In this document: positions 29,400 through 37,409 of the stretch, piece by piece
Numbering within the stretch: the stretch's first letter is position 1
Layout of the letters: every line of letters begins with the position of its first letter
Assembly (NCBI GenBank): GCA_035690425.1
Contig: DASSKO010000016.1
Coordinates: 1,175-65,174 of the forward strand
Direction: 5' to 3'
Origin: Nocardioidaceae bacterium
GTDB lineage: Bacteria; Actinomycetota; Actinomycetes; Propionibacteriales; Nocardioidaceae
Length of the DNA stretch: 64,000 nt
Made by a program: the position numbers and the translations under genes
The notes under the pieces: model-generated
What the model was told of the DNA's origin: nothing
Database searches by the model: none
Seen by the model: only the letters and a program-made list of their open reading frames with translations

Positions 29400-29933
29400 A
29401 TGGCAGAGATCGAGCCCACACCAGGGCACCGACCAGGTATGGAGCGCCGGGCGTTCTTGCAGCGCGCTGCAATCGTCGGTGGTGCGACGCTGTGGGCGGC
29501 GCCGACCGTGCAGTCGATCATGACGCCGGCCTTCGCGGTCGGCACGGGGCTGTGCCCACCGGGACATCTGGTGCGGTTCAAGTACGACGTCGACGAGAAC
29601 AGGTTCGACAGCGGTGACGCCATCGGGGGCGGCGCCAACTGGTGCCTGCCCGACGGCTATGCCGACGCCGACGTGCGGGTGGATGGACCGGGCAACGTCG
29701 GCACCTTCGCGGTCGGCGGCGTCGCGAAGTCGATCACGGTCATGATCGCGGCTGACGGCAAGACCGCATCGATCACGATCCCGCCCGGGAGCCGGATCGA
29801 GGATCTGCAGGCAAAGGCAGGCAACCGCACGAAGGGTGAGTGTGACGACTTCGACTACCAGACCGGCAACACTGCGGTCGTGGAGCTCGAGGACAAGGAC
29901 ATCTCCTTCGTCGCCGGCGTGATCTGCGTATAG
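29400..29933 (+). CDS. Tat-signal secreted 4-Cys protein, paralog 2
   Basis: 177 aa. RBS GGGGAGGGAAG before ATG 29400. Same architecture as 28713-29240. 48 of the 51 residues from MERRAFLQ to FKYDV are identical. Confidence 0.7.
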   Translation: MAEIEPTPGHRPGMERRAFLQRAAIVGGATLWAAPTVQSIMTPAFAVGTGLCPPGHLVRFKYDVDENRFDSGDAIGGGANWCLPDGYADADVRVDGPGNVGTFAVGGVAKSITVMIAADGKTASITIPPGSRIEDLQAKAGNRTKGECDDFDYQTGNTAVVELEDKDISFVAGVICV

Positions 29934-29957
29934 ACGGGGAACCCCTGCCCCGGCAGG

Positions 29958-29994
29958 CCGCTGTGGCCCTCACACTGCGCGAGGGCCACAGCGG
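29958..29994. terminator. Bidirectional stem-loop between the Tat paralogs and the end of the long minus-strand operon
   Basis: Perfect 14-bp stem CCGCTGTGGCCCTC / GAGGGCCACAGCGG with a 9-nt loop, 25 nt after the paralog-2 stop and 72 nt after the stop at 30066. Confidence 0.6.
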
Positions 29995-30065
29995 ATCCTG
30001 TGTGGCGTAGCGGGTTCGGTAACGAGCAGGGCTGAACCGGCCCTGCGTCCGCTCGTGTATGGCGG

Positions 30066-30911
30066 TCAGGCGTGCAGCAGCAGCTCACGCAGCGCGGGGA
30101 CCGCAGATCGGCTGCTCAGTTGCGGCAGGCCGAGGGCAGGCACCCTGCGAGCAAGCCCGGCCAGGCCGTCGAGCGCCGGTCGGGGTCTCAGCGCGTCGAC
30201 GTTCGCGAGGGTCGAGAAGCCCAGCTGCACCACTTCGGCCGGACGCAGCGTGCACCGGTGCTCGGTGAGCACGCGCAGGCCCCACAGGCAGATGTCGAGG
30301 CGCTGTCCGGGCTGCACGCCCCGACGACGCAGCGTGGACGCCACCACCTGGGCGGCCGCACCGTCCACGAGGTGGCTGCGTGCGGGCAACAGGTCGAGCC
30401 CGTCCCTCGCCAGGCGAGCCTGGTGCGGTAGCAGCGCGGCATGCCAGGACGCCGGAAGAAGCAGCACCTGCTGATTGGATCGGACGACCGCAGCTGCGCG
30501 TACGGCGAGCAGGTCGCACCGCTCCGCGTTACCGATCTCGTCGAGCAGGTCCGCCAGGTCGAGCAGCAGATCACCGGGCTCGTGACGGCGCGCGACGATC
30601 TCGTGGTCCCGGTACACCAGATGGAGCCCACGGCTCCTGGAGCCGGTGGAGTCGGTGGAGCCGGCGATCTCGACCGAGAAGTTGGCCGGCACCCTATCGT
30701 CCAGCTCAGGGGTTCGCGCGCCGGCGAACAGCGCGGACACCTGCTCCGCAGCGGCTGCCGAGTTCGCGCGCACCCCCACCTGCCAGCAGCCGACTCGGAG
30801 GGCCAGCGTCGGGCCCCACGGCCTGCGGGCTGTCAGACGCGAGAGGCACGGGGTGTGTCGCTGCGGCAGCGGCCGGGGTGCTGCGATGTCTGTCTGCACG
30901 ATGATGCTCAC
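30066..30911 (-). CDS. HprK-like kinase paralog with degenerate P-loop (putative pseudokinase)
   Basis: 281 aa, GTGA overlap with the upstream PqqD-like gene. LLLPASWHAALLPHQARLARDGLDLL aligns with VMLPGDQEHGKTTTVAGLLREGYEYV of 31213-32226. The C-terminal segments also run parallel. Confidence 0.55.
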   Translation of the reverse strand: MSIIVQTDIAAPRPLPQRHTPCLSRLTARRPWGPTLALRVGCWQVGVRANSAAAAEQVSALFAGARTPELDDRVPANFSVEIAGSTDSTGSRSRGLHLVYRDHEIVARRHEPGDLLLDLADLLDEIGNAERCDLLAVRAAAVVRSNQQVLLLPASWHAALLPHQARLARDGLDLLPARSHLVDGAAAQVVASTLRRRGVQPGQRLDICLWGLRVLTEHRCTLRPAEVVQLGFSTLANVDALRPRPALDGLAGLARRVPALGLPQLSSRSAVPALRELLLHA

Positions 30912-31216
30912 CCGACCCGCTCCACCAGGTCGACAGCCTCCATCTCGGTGGCGAAGCGCATCACATCGTCGAGCACCTCATCGGGTGGCCGTCCGAACGC
31001 GGCCGCCAGGTCCGCACTGGTAGCGCGCAACGACGCGGTGCCGTCGAGCAAGGTCCACAGCAGGGTCCCGATCTGGTCGAGCAGGTGGATGGCGTTGCCG
31101 GCGCAGTCGTAGACGACGGTCTCGCCGTCGACCTCGACGTACTCGACGGCCGGACTCTCACGGTGGACGAGCACGGTCGAGGGCGAGAGACCCTCCCGGT
31201 TGTTGGTCACTGTCAC
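30908..31216 (-). CDS. PqqD-family (RRE-like) small protein b
   Basis: 102 aa from GTG 31216 (GTGA overlap). HLLDQIGTLLWTLLDGTASLRATSADLAAAFGRPPDEVLDDVMRFATEMEAVDLV. Confidence 0.7.
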   Translation of the reverse strand: MTVTNNREGLSPSTVLVHRESPAVEYVEVDGETVVYDCAGNAIHLLDQIGTLLWTLLDGTASLRATSADLAAAFGRPPDEVLDDVMRFATEMEAVDLVERVG

Positions 31217-32226
31217 AGCTTCTCCATCAGGCGTTGGCTTACCAAGGTCTCTATGGCGCGCACCGCGCCGTCCAGCGAGCCGATCCGCAGCCGCGCGACC
31301 GTGGCACCCCGGGTCAGGTCGACCAGGGTGGCCAGGTTGCGTGCGGGCCGCTGGGTGAAGTGGAAGGTGCCCTGTGCGAGCTCGCGCACCGCCTCGCCCC
31401 TGCTCAGCTGCGAGCATCGGGTCGTGCTGCCTGCGACGAACATCGGGAAGACCACGACCGTCGGTGGTGACACCGCACCCCGCATGCTCTGGCTGCCCAG
31501 CTGCTCCGCGGGCACCTGCCACTGTCGGAGGCCCTCGGTGCCGACCAGCGGCCGGCACTCGGGAAACAGTGGCCATGCCCCGTCGTCGATGCTCAACGCC
31601 TTCGGGAACGGCGTGATGTGCAAGGTCGCGGGGTCGATCGCGACGGCCTCGTCCGTGACGTACTCGTATCCCTCGCGAAGCAGACCCGCCACCGTGGTCG
31701 TCTTGCCGTGTTCCTGGTCGCCGGGCAGCATCACGGTGATACCTGCGCGGGTGGCGGCAGCCGCATGCAGGACGACGTGCTCAGCGCTGGACTTGTCGAC
31801 CATCTGCCGGTTGATGTGCCAGGTGAGGAACCGGACCAACGACTCCGGCCGGGTGGCCAGGGTCAGCCGCATGCCGCCGTAGTAGAGCGCGTACGGCACT
31901 TCTGGATTGCGATGACGGACGATGCGGTAGTGACCGTGGACCGACGGCGGGTTCTGCGCCCGCAGCGGTGTGACCAGCGGGCCGAGCAGCGACCTGAGCT
32001 CGTGCAGCGGTTCGCTCGTGATCTCGAAGCGGTGGCCGACCGCCGCGCACGGCCCGCTGCGCCAGGCCCATCGTCGGTGCCGGAAGAAGTCAGGGTCCAC
32101 CTGCGTCGGGCAGTCTCGCGGACCGCCCGCCATGACTGCGGTCGGCGCCGGCAGAGGGGCCGGCAGAGGGGCCGGTGGTGCGGGCAGCGTCTCGAGAGCG
32201 TCGAGCGCACGGTCGGCGCGGCTCAC
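31213..32226 (-). CDS. HPr-kinase-like P-loop kinase (HprK-related)
   Basis: 337 aa from GTG 32226 (GTGA overlap). LHAAAATRAGITVMLPGDQEHGKTTTVAGLLREGYEYVTDEAVAID is the HprK C-terminal-domain-like P-loop context. Confidence 0.7.
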   Translation of the reverse strand: MSRADRALDALETLPAPPAPLPAPLPAPTAVMAGGPRDCPTQVDPDFFRHRRWAWRSGPCAAVGHRFEITSEPLHELRSLLGPLVTPLRAQNPPSVHGHYRIVRHRNPEVPYALYYGGMRLTLATRPESLVRFLTWHINRQMVDKSSAEHVVLHAAAATRAGITVMLPGDQEHGKTTTVAGLLREGYEYVTDEAVAIDPATLHITPFPKALSIDDGAWPLFPECRPLVGTEGLRQWQVPAEQLGSQSMRGAVSPPTVVVFPMFVAGSTTRCSQLSRGEAVRELAQGTFHFTQRPARNLATLVDLTRGATVARLRIGSLDGAVRAIETLVSQRLMEKL

Positions 32227-32498
32227 GAGATCAGGCCGCTCTCTCGCAGCTGCTGCATGCCGTGCGCCACGTCCGAGGTCGCTCGCTCTGGCGACACGTC
32301 GAACAGCTGGCAGATCGCAGCCACCATCTCTGCGACGGACGTGTCGCCGTCGCAGAGCTCCCACAGTGCGAACGCAGTGGGGTTCAGGGCAGCCTCGACG
32401 GATGTGTCCGCGCGGCGGACGACCGCTCCGGATGCACCGTGGCGGACGGTCGCGGTGCCCAGCCGAACAGGTCGGTCGTGGACGAAGTCGACATTCAT
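32223..32498 (-). CDS. PqqD-family (RRE-like) small protein a
   Basis: 91 aa. LNPTAFALWELCDGDTSVAEMVAAICQLFDVSPERATSDVAHGMQQLRESGLI is a textbook PqqD pattern. Confidence 0.8.
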   Translation of the reverse strand: MNVDFVHDRPVRLGTATVRHGASGAVVRRADTSVEAALNPTAFALWELCDGDTSVAEMVAAICQLFDVSPERATSDVAHGMQQLRESGLIS

Positions 32499-33148
32499 GG
32501 ACGCCCCCCTACCGGGTCCATGACCAAACCAAGGTCAGCGGCGAGGGCGGCGGCCTCGACGCGTGAGCTGACCTCCAGCTTGGACATCACATGACGGATG
32601 TGTGTCCGGGCGGTGTGCGGCGATATCGCCAGGCTTCGCGCGATGCTGACGTGGTCGCGACCCTTCCCGAGCAGAGCCAGCACCTCCTGCTCGCGCCGGC
32701 TCAGACGCTGCAGCCGGTCGCGCGCACTCTCGTGCTGGCGGTTGCGATGGACCAGGCCCTGCAGCACGCCGCCGATCAGGGCGGGAGGCACGTGGGTGTG
32801 TCCGTCGGTCACGGTTTGCACGGCAGCGGCCACCCCTTCCAGGCCCTGGGCGCTCGACACGACCCCGTGTACGCCGATCTCCAGCAGCTCGAGGGCCTCC
32901 TCTGCTCCACCGACCACGACCAGCGTGCGCACCTTCGCCTCGTGCAACCGCGCGCACAGCGGCATCGCCCCGACCGGCGGAAGGCCCGCGTCGATCAGGG
33001 CGACGTGCGGGACCCAGCGCTCGAGCAGGTGCCGGCACCCGGCTGTGTCGGCCGCGGTGCGGATCTCGGCGTCGGGAAAGCGGGCGCTGATGGCCAGCAC
33101 CACACCGTCGCGCACGGGCGGCCGATCGGCAGCGACCAGAATCCTCAT
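32495..33148 (-). CDS. NarL/LuxR-family response regulator with atypical receiver
   Basis: 217 aa from ATG 33148. Receiver with VALIDAGLP Asp but AAD instead of DD, and no Lys at the GxxGxxxK position (GVHGVVSS). C-terminal LuxR HTH LSRREQEVLALLGKGRDHVSIARSLAISPHTARTHIRHVMSKL. Confidence 0.85.
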   Translation of the reverse strand: MRILVAADRPPVRDGVVLAISARFPDAEIRTAADTAGCRHLLERWVPHVALIDAGLPPVGAMPLCARLHEAKVRTLVVVGGAEEALELLEIGVHGVVSSAQGLEGVAAAVQTVTDGHTHVPPALIGGVLQGLVHRNRQHESARDRLQRLSRREQEVLALLGKGRDHVSIARSLAISPHTARTHIRHVMSKLEVSSRVEAAALAADLGLVMDPVGGRP

Positions 33149-33771
33149 CCGGCCGTCACCTGGTCTCGTGTCCTCCACTCGCGCAACCGCTGCGAGAGCA
33201 GTGGACTCTGGCGGGCCATCACCGCGGCCGCGTGACGGTGCGGGGCGTCGAGCTTGACGAGCACGTGCTGCATGTGGCTGTGCACCGTGGCCGGGGTGAT
33301 GCCGAGGCGGTCGCCTATCCCGTCGTCCTGCTCACCCAGCGCCAGCAGTGCGGCGACGTCCCGCTCACGGCTGGTCAGCTGCGTCAACGGGTCGGGGTTG
33401 ACGTTCCTGCCGCTTCTACGTGGCACGCGGCCACCCTCGCTGACGGTGCGTACGGCACTGACGAGGACATCGGTCGGGCTGCACCAGCTGACGACGCCGG
33501 AGGCCCGCAGGCCACGTGCCAGCGCCAGTGCCTTGGAGTCGACGGCGTCCGCAACCAGCAGAAGCGGGACTCGGCCGGTCGGCGGCATCCGGATCGCGCT
33601 GGCCGGTGCCGCAAGGTCGATGCTGCGGGGGAGTGCGAGCACCACGGCCGTGGTGTGCTCGTCGGCGTCGGCGACGACCGGAACGCCCGCAGCCTGCAGC
33701 AGGAGGCGCAGGCAGTCGGCCTCCAGCGAGGCAGCCGGGGTGACGGTGACGGACCGGGCCGCTGAGGTCAT
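33145..33771 (-). CDS. LuxR-family regulator with pseudo-receiver N-terminal domain
   Basis: 208 aa from ATG 33771 (ATGA overlap with the DegT stop). LTSRERDVAALLALGEQDDGIGDRLGITPATVHSHMQHVLVKL. The N-terminal domain lacks the acidic pocket and phospho-Asp. Confidence 0.75.
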   Translation of the reverse strand: MTSAARSVTVTPAASLEADCLRLLLQAAGVPVVADADEHTTAVVLALPRSIDLAAPASAIRMPPTGRVPLLLVADAVDSKALALARGLRASGVVSWCSPTDVLVSAVRTVSEGGRVPRRSGRNVNPDPLTQLTSRERDVAALLALGEQDDGIGDRLGITPATVHSHMQHVLVKLDAPHRHAAAVMARQSPLLSQRLREWRTRDQVTAG

Positions 33772-34985
33772 CGCGTCACCTGGGCACGGCTGACGGGTCC
33801 GCTGATCTGCGCGGCATGTTGCTGGATCCGCACGATCGCATCGGCCATCGCGCCCAACTCGGCGTCGCTCATGTGCGACCACAGCGGCACGGAGAGCACG
33901 GCCGGAGCGATCTGGCTCGTCACCGGCAGGTCTCTGCTCGGCAGGTGCCGGTACGCCTGCTGCGCGTGGATGCTCGGGTGGTAGTAGCGCCTGGACTCGA
34001 TGCCCTCGTGCTGGAGCGCTTCGGCGAGCTGGGCCGCTGAAAGGCCGAAGGTGGACTCGTCGACGACGACCGTAAGGTCCTTGTACGTCGATAGGTCGCC
34101 TGCGTCGACATGCGGACGGCGTAGTCCGGGGAGGCCGTCGAGCGCGGCCCAGAATGCTTCGACGAGCTCGTTGCGTCGCGCAACGTTCGCATCGAGCCAG
34201 GACAGCGAGTGCAGTGCGACCGCCGCGTGCAGCTCGGACATCCTGGCGTTGAGACCGGCGAACACGCAGTCGTAGTTGCCGGGGTTTCCGTAGTTGCGGC
34301 CGAGCCTGAGCGTCTGTGCCAGTGCTGAGTCGTTGGTGGTGACCAAGCCGCCTTCGCCCGCCACCATGACCTTGGTAGGGCTGAGGCTGAAGACCTCGGC
34401 CGTGCCGAAGCCACCGATGGGTTCACCTTGCCGCATCGAGCCAAGGCCGTGCGCTGCGTCGTAGACGAGGGGCACACCTGCCTGGTCGGCGACCGCCTGC
34501 AGCATGTTCGTGCTGCACGGCGTTCCGTAGATGTGCGTCGCGGTGATGGCTGCGGCGTCGTCGGGGAGGCCTGCGACCGCTGCTGCGACCGACTCCGGGT
34601 CGACGCACAGAGTGTCAGGGGTGATGTCGGCGAACACGGGTTCGCCTCCTGCCCACGTGACAGCGTGCGCGCTCGCCGAGAAGGTGAAACTCGGCATCAC
34701 CACCTTGCCCCGCGCCTCCAGTGCCTGCAGCGTGAGCGTGAGTCCAGAGGTGCAGCTGGCGACCGCAACCGCGTGCTGCACTCCGAGGCGCTCCGCGACC
34801 CGCTCCTCCAGGTCCTTCACCGTGGGCCCGTTGGTGAGGCAGCCGGATGCCAGGATGCTGCTGAGCTTGCGCTCGAGGGCGGGCAGGTCCGGCAGGGTTG
34901 GACGCATCAGTGCGAGGCCGGTGGGAAAGGCTGGTGACCCACCGACGATGGCCGGTGCCGCAGGTGTCGTCGAAACAATCGTCAT
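33768..34985 (-). CDS. DegT/DnrJ/EryC1-family PLP-dependent sugar aminotransferase
   Basis: 405 aa from ATG 34985. PLP-Lys context FSLSPTKVMVAGEGG. SASAHAVTWAG. The 652-aa ORF-track version is an upstream extension. Confidence 0.9.
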   Translation of the reverse strand: MTIVSTTPAAPAIVGGSPAFPTGLALMRPTLPDLPALERKLSSILASGCLTNGPTVKDLEERVAERLGVQHAVAVASCTSGLTLTLQALEARGKVVMPSFTFSASAHAVTWAGGEPVFADITPDTLCVDPESVAAAVAGLPDDAAAITATHIYGTPCSTNMLQAVADQAGVPLVYDAAHGLGSMRQGEPIGGFGTAEVFSLSPTKVMVAGEGGLVTTNDSALAQTLRLGRNYGNPGNYDCVFAGLNARMSELHAAVALHSLSWLDANVARRNELVEAFWAALDGLPGLRRPHVDAGDLSTYKDLTVVVDESTFGLSAAQLAEALQHEGIESRRYYHPSIHAQQAYRHLPSRDLPVTSQIAPAVLSVPLWSHMSDAELGAMADAIVRIQQHAAQISGPVSRAQVTR

Positions 34986-36358
34986 GGTGACACTTTCTGT
35001 CGAGTAGGTCGCAACTGCCGCAGCAGCGGCAGGTTTTGCGTGATTGGCAAGGCGAAGAAGACGAGCACGAAGGGGAGCACCTGGACCCGTTGCCGCGTGA
35101 GGATGCCGAAGTTGGAGAAGTTGGAGAAGGCGTAGACGAACAGCAGCGTGTAGACGACGCATACGATCAGGTACGGCTCGCGGGTCAGCCCGCCGAGCAG
35201 CCCGCGGAGCCGGGGTAGCGAGACCAACAGCAGTGCCAGCAGAGCGGTTCCTTCGGTCGCCGCGATAAGCGATGCGACGTTGTTCGCCTCGAAGATGAAC
35301 GGCCGGAAGAGCACGGAGATGACCGCCCATGGCATGTCCAGTGGGGAGTTGACCGCCACCGGCGTGAACTCCGATCCGCCGTCCGCCGTGCGTTCCTGGG
35401 TGGCGTCGATCGCCGCGTCGACTCCGGAGATCGACGGATCCTCTACGCCCAGGAAACTCGCAGCCTGTCTCACGATGAAGAAGCCGGCTGCGAACACCAC
35501 CGCGATCGTCAGGGCATGGGACAACGGCGACAGGGGTGTGGTCGGACGCTGTGACCGACGAAGCAGTACGGCCACGGCGACTCCGGCGAACAGCGCTGCG
35601 GTGATGTGCGGACGGACCATGGCCGTTGCGGTGAGCCCGATCGCCATGGGAAACAGCCACTTGCGGTGGCCGCCCAGCAACCGCGCCGTGCCCAGGGCAG
35701 AAAGACCGATAGCGAACGTCATCCATGCTTCCTTGCCCAGCGACGAGGGCCAGAAAAGCATGGAGGGCAGGAAAAGCACCATGATTGCGTATCGGTGATG
35801 GTTGCCGTCAGGGACGCCGACGCAGAAGGCCCGGTAGAAGAAGTAGAGCCCCCAGAAGCCCATCCAGGCAAAGAAAGCGTATGACACGAAGATGCTGGGG
35901 CCGGTGACGGCATAGAGCAGTCCGTTGAGCACTCGGATGAACCCGCTGCCGATGAAGTCCCGGCCGATCTCGGCATCGAAGAATCCGTCCCGGTAACTCT
36001 CGGCGAGCCGGGCGCCCTCGTCGTGGTAGACGGCGGCGTCACTCTGCCCGTCGTACACGACGAACGCCATCAGGTAGCGCGCGACGGTCGCGAGCGCTTT
36101 CAGCGCGAAGGCTACGGCCAGCAGCCGCAGGAAGCGCGGGTCTTCCTGGCGGCGACCGGCACGGACGATGAGATGCCCACTCAGCAACAGCAGCATCGGG
36201 ATCACGACGAGAGCGGACCACACGTCGTAGCTCGCGTTCGCCACCGCCCACTCGACGAGCAGCACGTAGGCCAGCACAGCGACGACGCCCGCCACCTGGG
36301 CGGTGAGCATCACACCGACGCGCGACCCGACTCCGGACATCTCAGAAGACCTCGACAT
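34982..36358 (-). CDS. Polytopic membrane protein, Wzy/O-antigen-polymerase- or ligase-like
   Basis: 458 aa, 10 or more hydrophobic helices with one large loop (VEDPSISGVDAAIDATQERTADGGSEF). Position in a glycan operon. No diagnostic motif verified. Confidence 0.55.
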   Translation of the reverse strand: MSRSSEMSGVGSRVGVMLTAQVAGVVAVLAYVLLVEWAVANASYDVWSALVVIPMLLLLSGHLIVRAGRRQEDPRFLRLLAVAFALKALATVARYLMAFVVYDGQSDAAVYHDEGARLAESYRDGFFDAEIGRDFIGSGFIRVLNGLLYAVTGPSIFVSYAFFAWMGFWGLYFFYRAFCVGVPDGNHHRYAIMVLFLPSMLFWPSSLGKEAWMTFAIGLSALGTARLLGGHRKWLFPMAIGLTATAMVRPHITAALFAGVAVAVLLRRSQRPTTPLSPLSHALTIAVVFAAGFFIVRQAASFLGVEDPSISGVDAAIDATQERTADGGSEFTPVAVNSPLDMPWAVISVLFRPFIFEANNVASLIAATEGTALLALLLVSLPRLRGLLGGLTREPYLIVCVVYTLLFVYAFSNFSNFGILTRQRVQVLPFVLVFFALPITQNLPLLRQLRPTRQKVSP

Positions 36359-37409
36359 CCCCGAGGGACAGTTGCCATGAGGTCAACCGCAGTGGGTCGA
36401 CAGAGGTGGTGCGCCGCGGATTCGCGACCAGCTCCATGCCATTGCGCGGCACCGTCAGGTATCCGGTCGAGAGCGCGACGCGCTCGGCCTCCGAGCCTGC
36501 GGAGGTGTGGACGGCCACATGGTCGGCACCGGAGCCCCGCGCGGTGCGCAGCAGCTGCCGTGCCGTGTGTCGGTCACCGTCGCGCACCAGCAGGTCCGAC
36601 AGGGTGAACTCGGCAAGCGGCCCCCGCCGGCGCATCCGGCCGAAAGCCACTCCTGTCAGCGTCCCCGCCGACTCCACCGTGATACAGCGGTAGTCGAGGC
36701 CCGGCGCATCACCGTATCGCCAGGACAGATAGGCCAGCGTCCGCCTGGTGTGCAATCTGCTGGTCGCCGCCACTGCCTGAGCCAGCTCGCCGACCTCGGC
36801 GCCGCGATCGCGGAGCAGCTGTCCGGCCGTCCCAAAGGGACAGTCCGGCACGGGGTGACTGGGTGCCGCGGCCGACCCGCGGCGCCCGGGGGACGCGCCG
36901 GCCGTGGTGCCGCCGGCGCCTCGGGCCCCGCGGAGAAAGCGAACCGGACGCACCGGGCAGATCCGCACCGGCAAGGCCCCCACCGACTGCCAGCCCATCT
37001 TGAGGTATCCAGGCCTGCTGCTCGTGTTCGGCGTGTTGAAGACCAGGTCGACCCCTCCGGCATCGTCGAGCTGTTGCAGCAGTTCGAGCGTGAGCCGGCG
37101 AAAGATCCCCTGCCCCTGGAAAGCAGGATCAGTCGCGGTGTCCACTGCCCGCACCGCACTGACCGGCTTGCCTGCAGCTTCCAGCTCCCAGCGCAGGAAG
37201 AGCCGAACCCCGACGATGCGATCCTCCTGCACGGCGACAAGCCCGGGCGAGCTGCCGAACGGGTTGCGCAGGTGCTTCCACCCGAAGAAGTCGTCGCTGT
37301 AGGTCCCGGTGGGTCCGCCGCCCAAGGCAGCTGTCAACAGGGCCATGACTGCGGGGCGGTCAGCAACCTCGAGCGCTCGCACCACAAGCGGCGCCGCCAG
37401 GATGCTCAT
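36342..37409 (-). CDS. GNAT-family acetyltransferase with extra C-terminal domain
   Basis: 355 aa. Acetyl-CoA motif VDTATDPAFQGQGIFRRLTLELL. ATGA overlap with the preceding gene. Confidence 0.7.
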   Translation of the reverse strand: MSILAAPLVVRALEVADRPAVMALLTAALGGGPTGTYSDDFFGWKHLRNPFGSSPGLVAVQEDRIVGVRLFLRWELEAAGKPVSAVRAVDTATDPAFQGQGIFRRLTLELLQQLDDAGGVDLVFNTPNTSSRPGYLKMGWQSVGALPVRICPVRPVRFLRGARGAGGTTAGASPGRRGSAAAPSHPVPDCPFGTAGQLLRDRGAEVGELAQAVAATSRLHTRRTLAYLSWRYGDAPGLDYRCITVESAGTLTGVAFGRMRRRGPLAEFTLSDLLVRDGDRHTARQLLRTARGSGADHVAVHTSAGSEAERVALSTGYLTVPRNGMELVANPRRTTSVDPLRLTSWQLSLGDVEVF

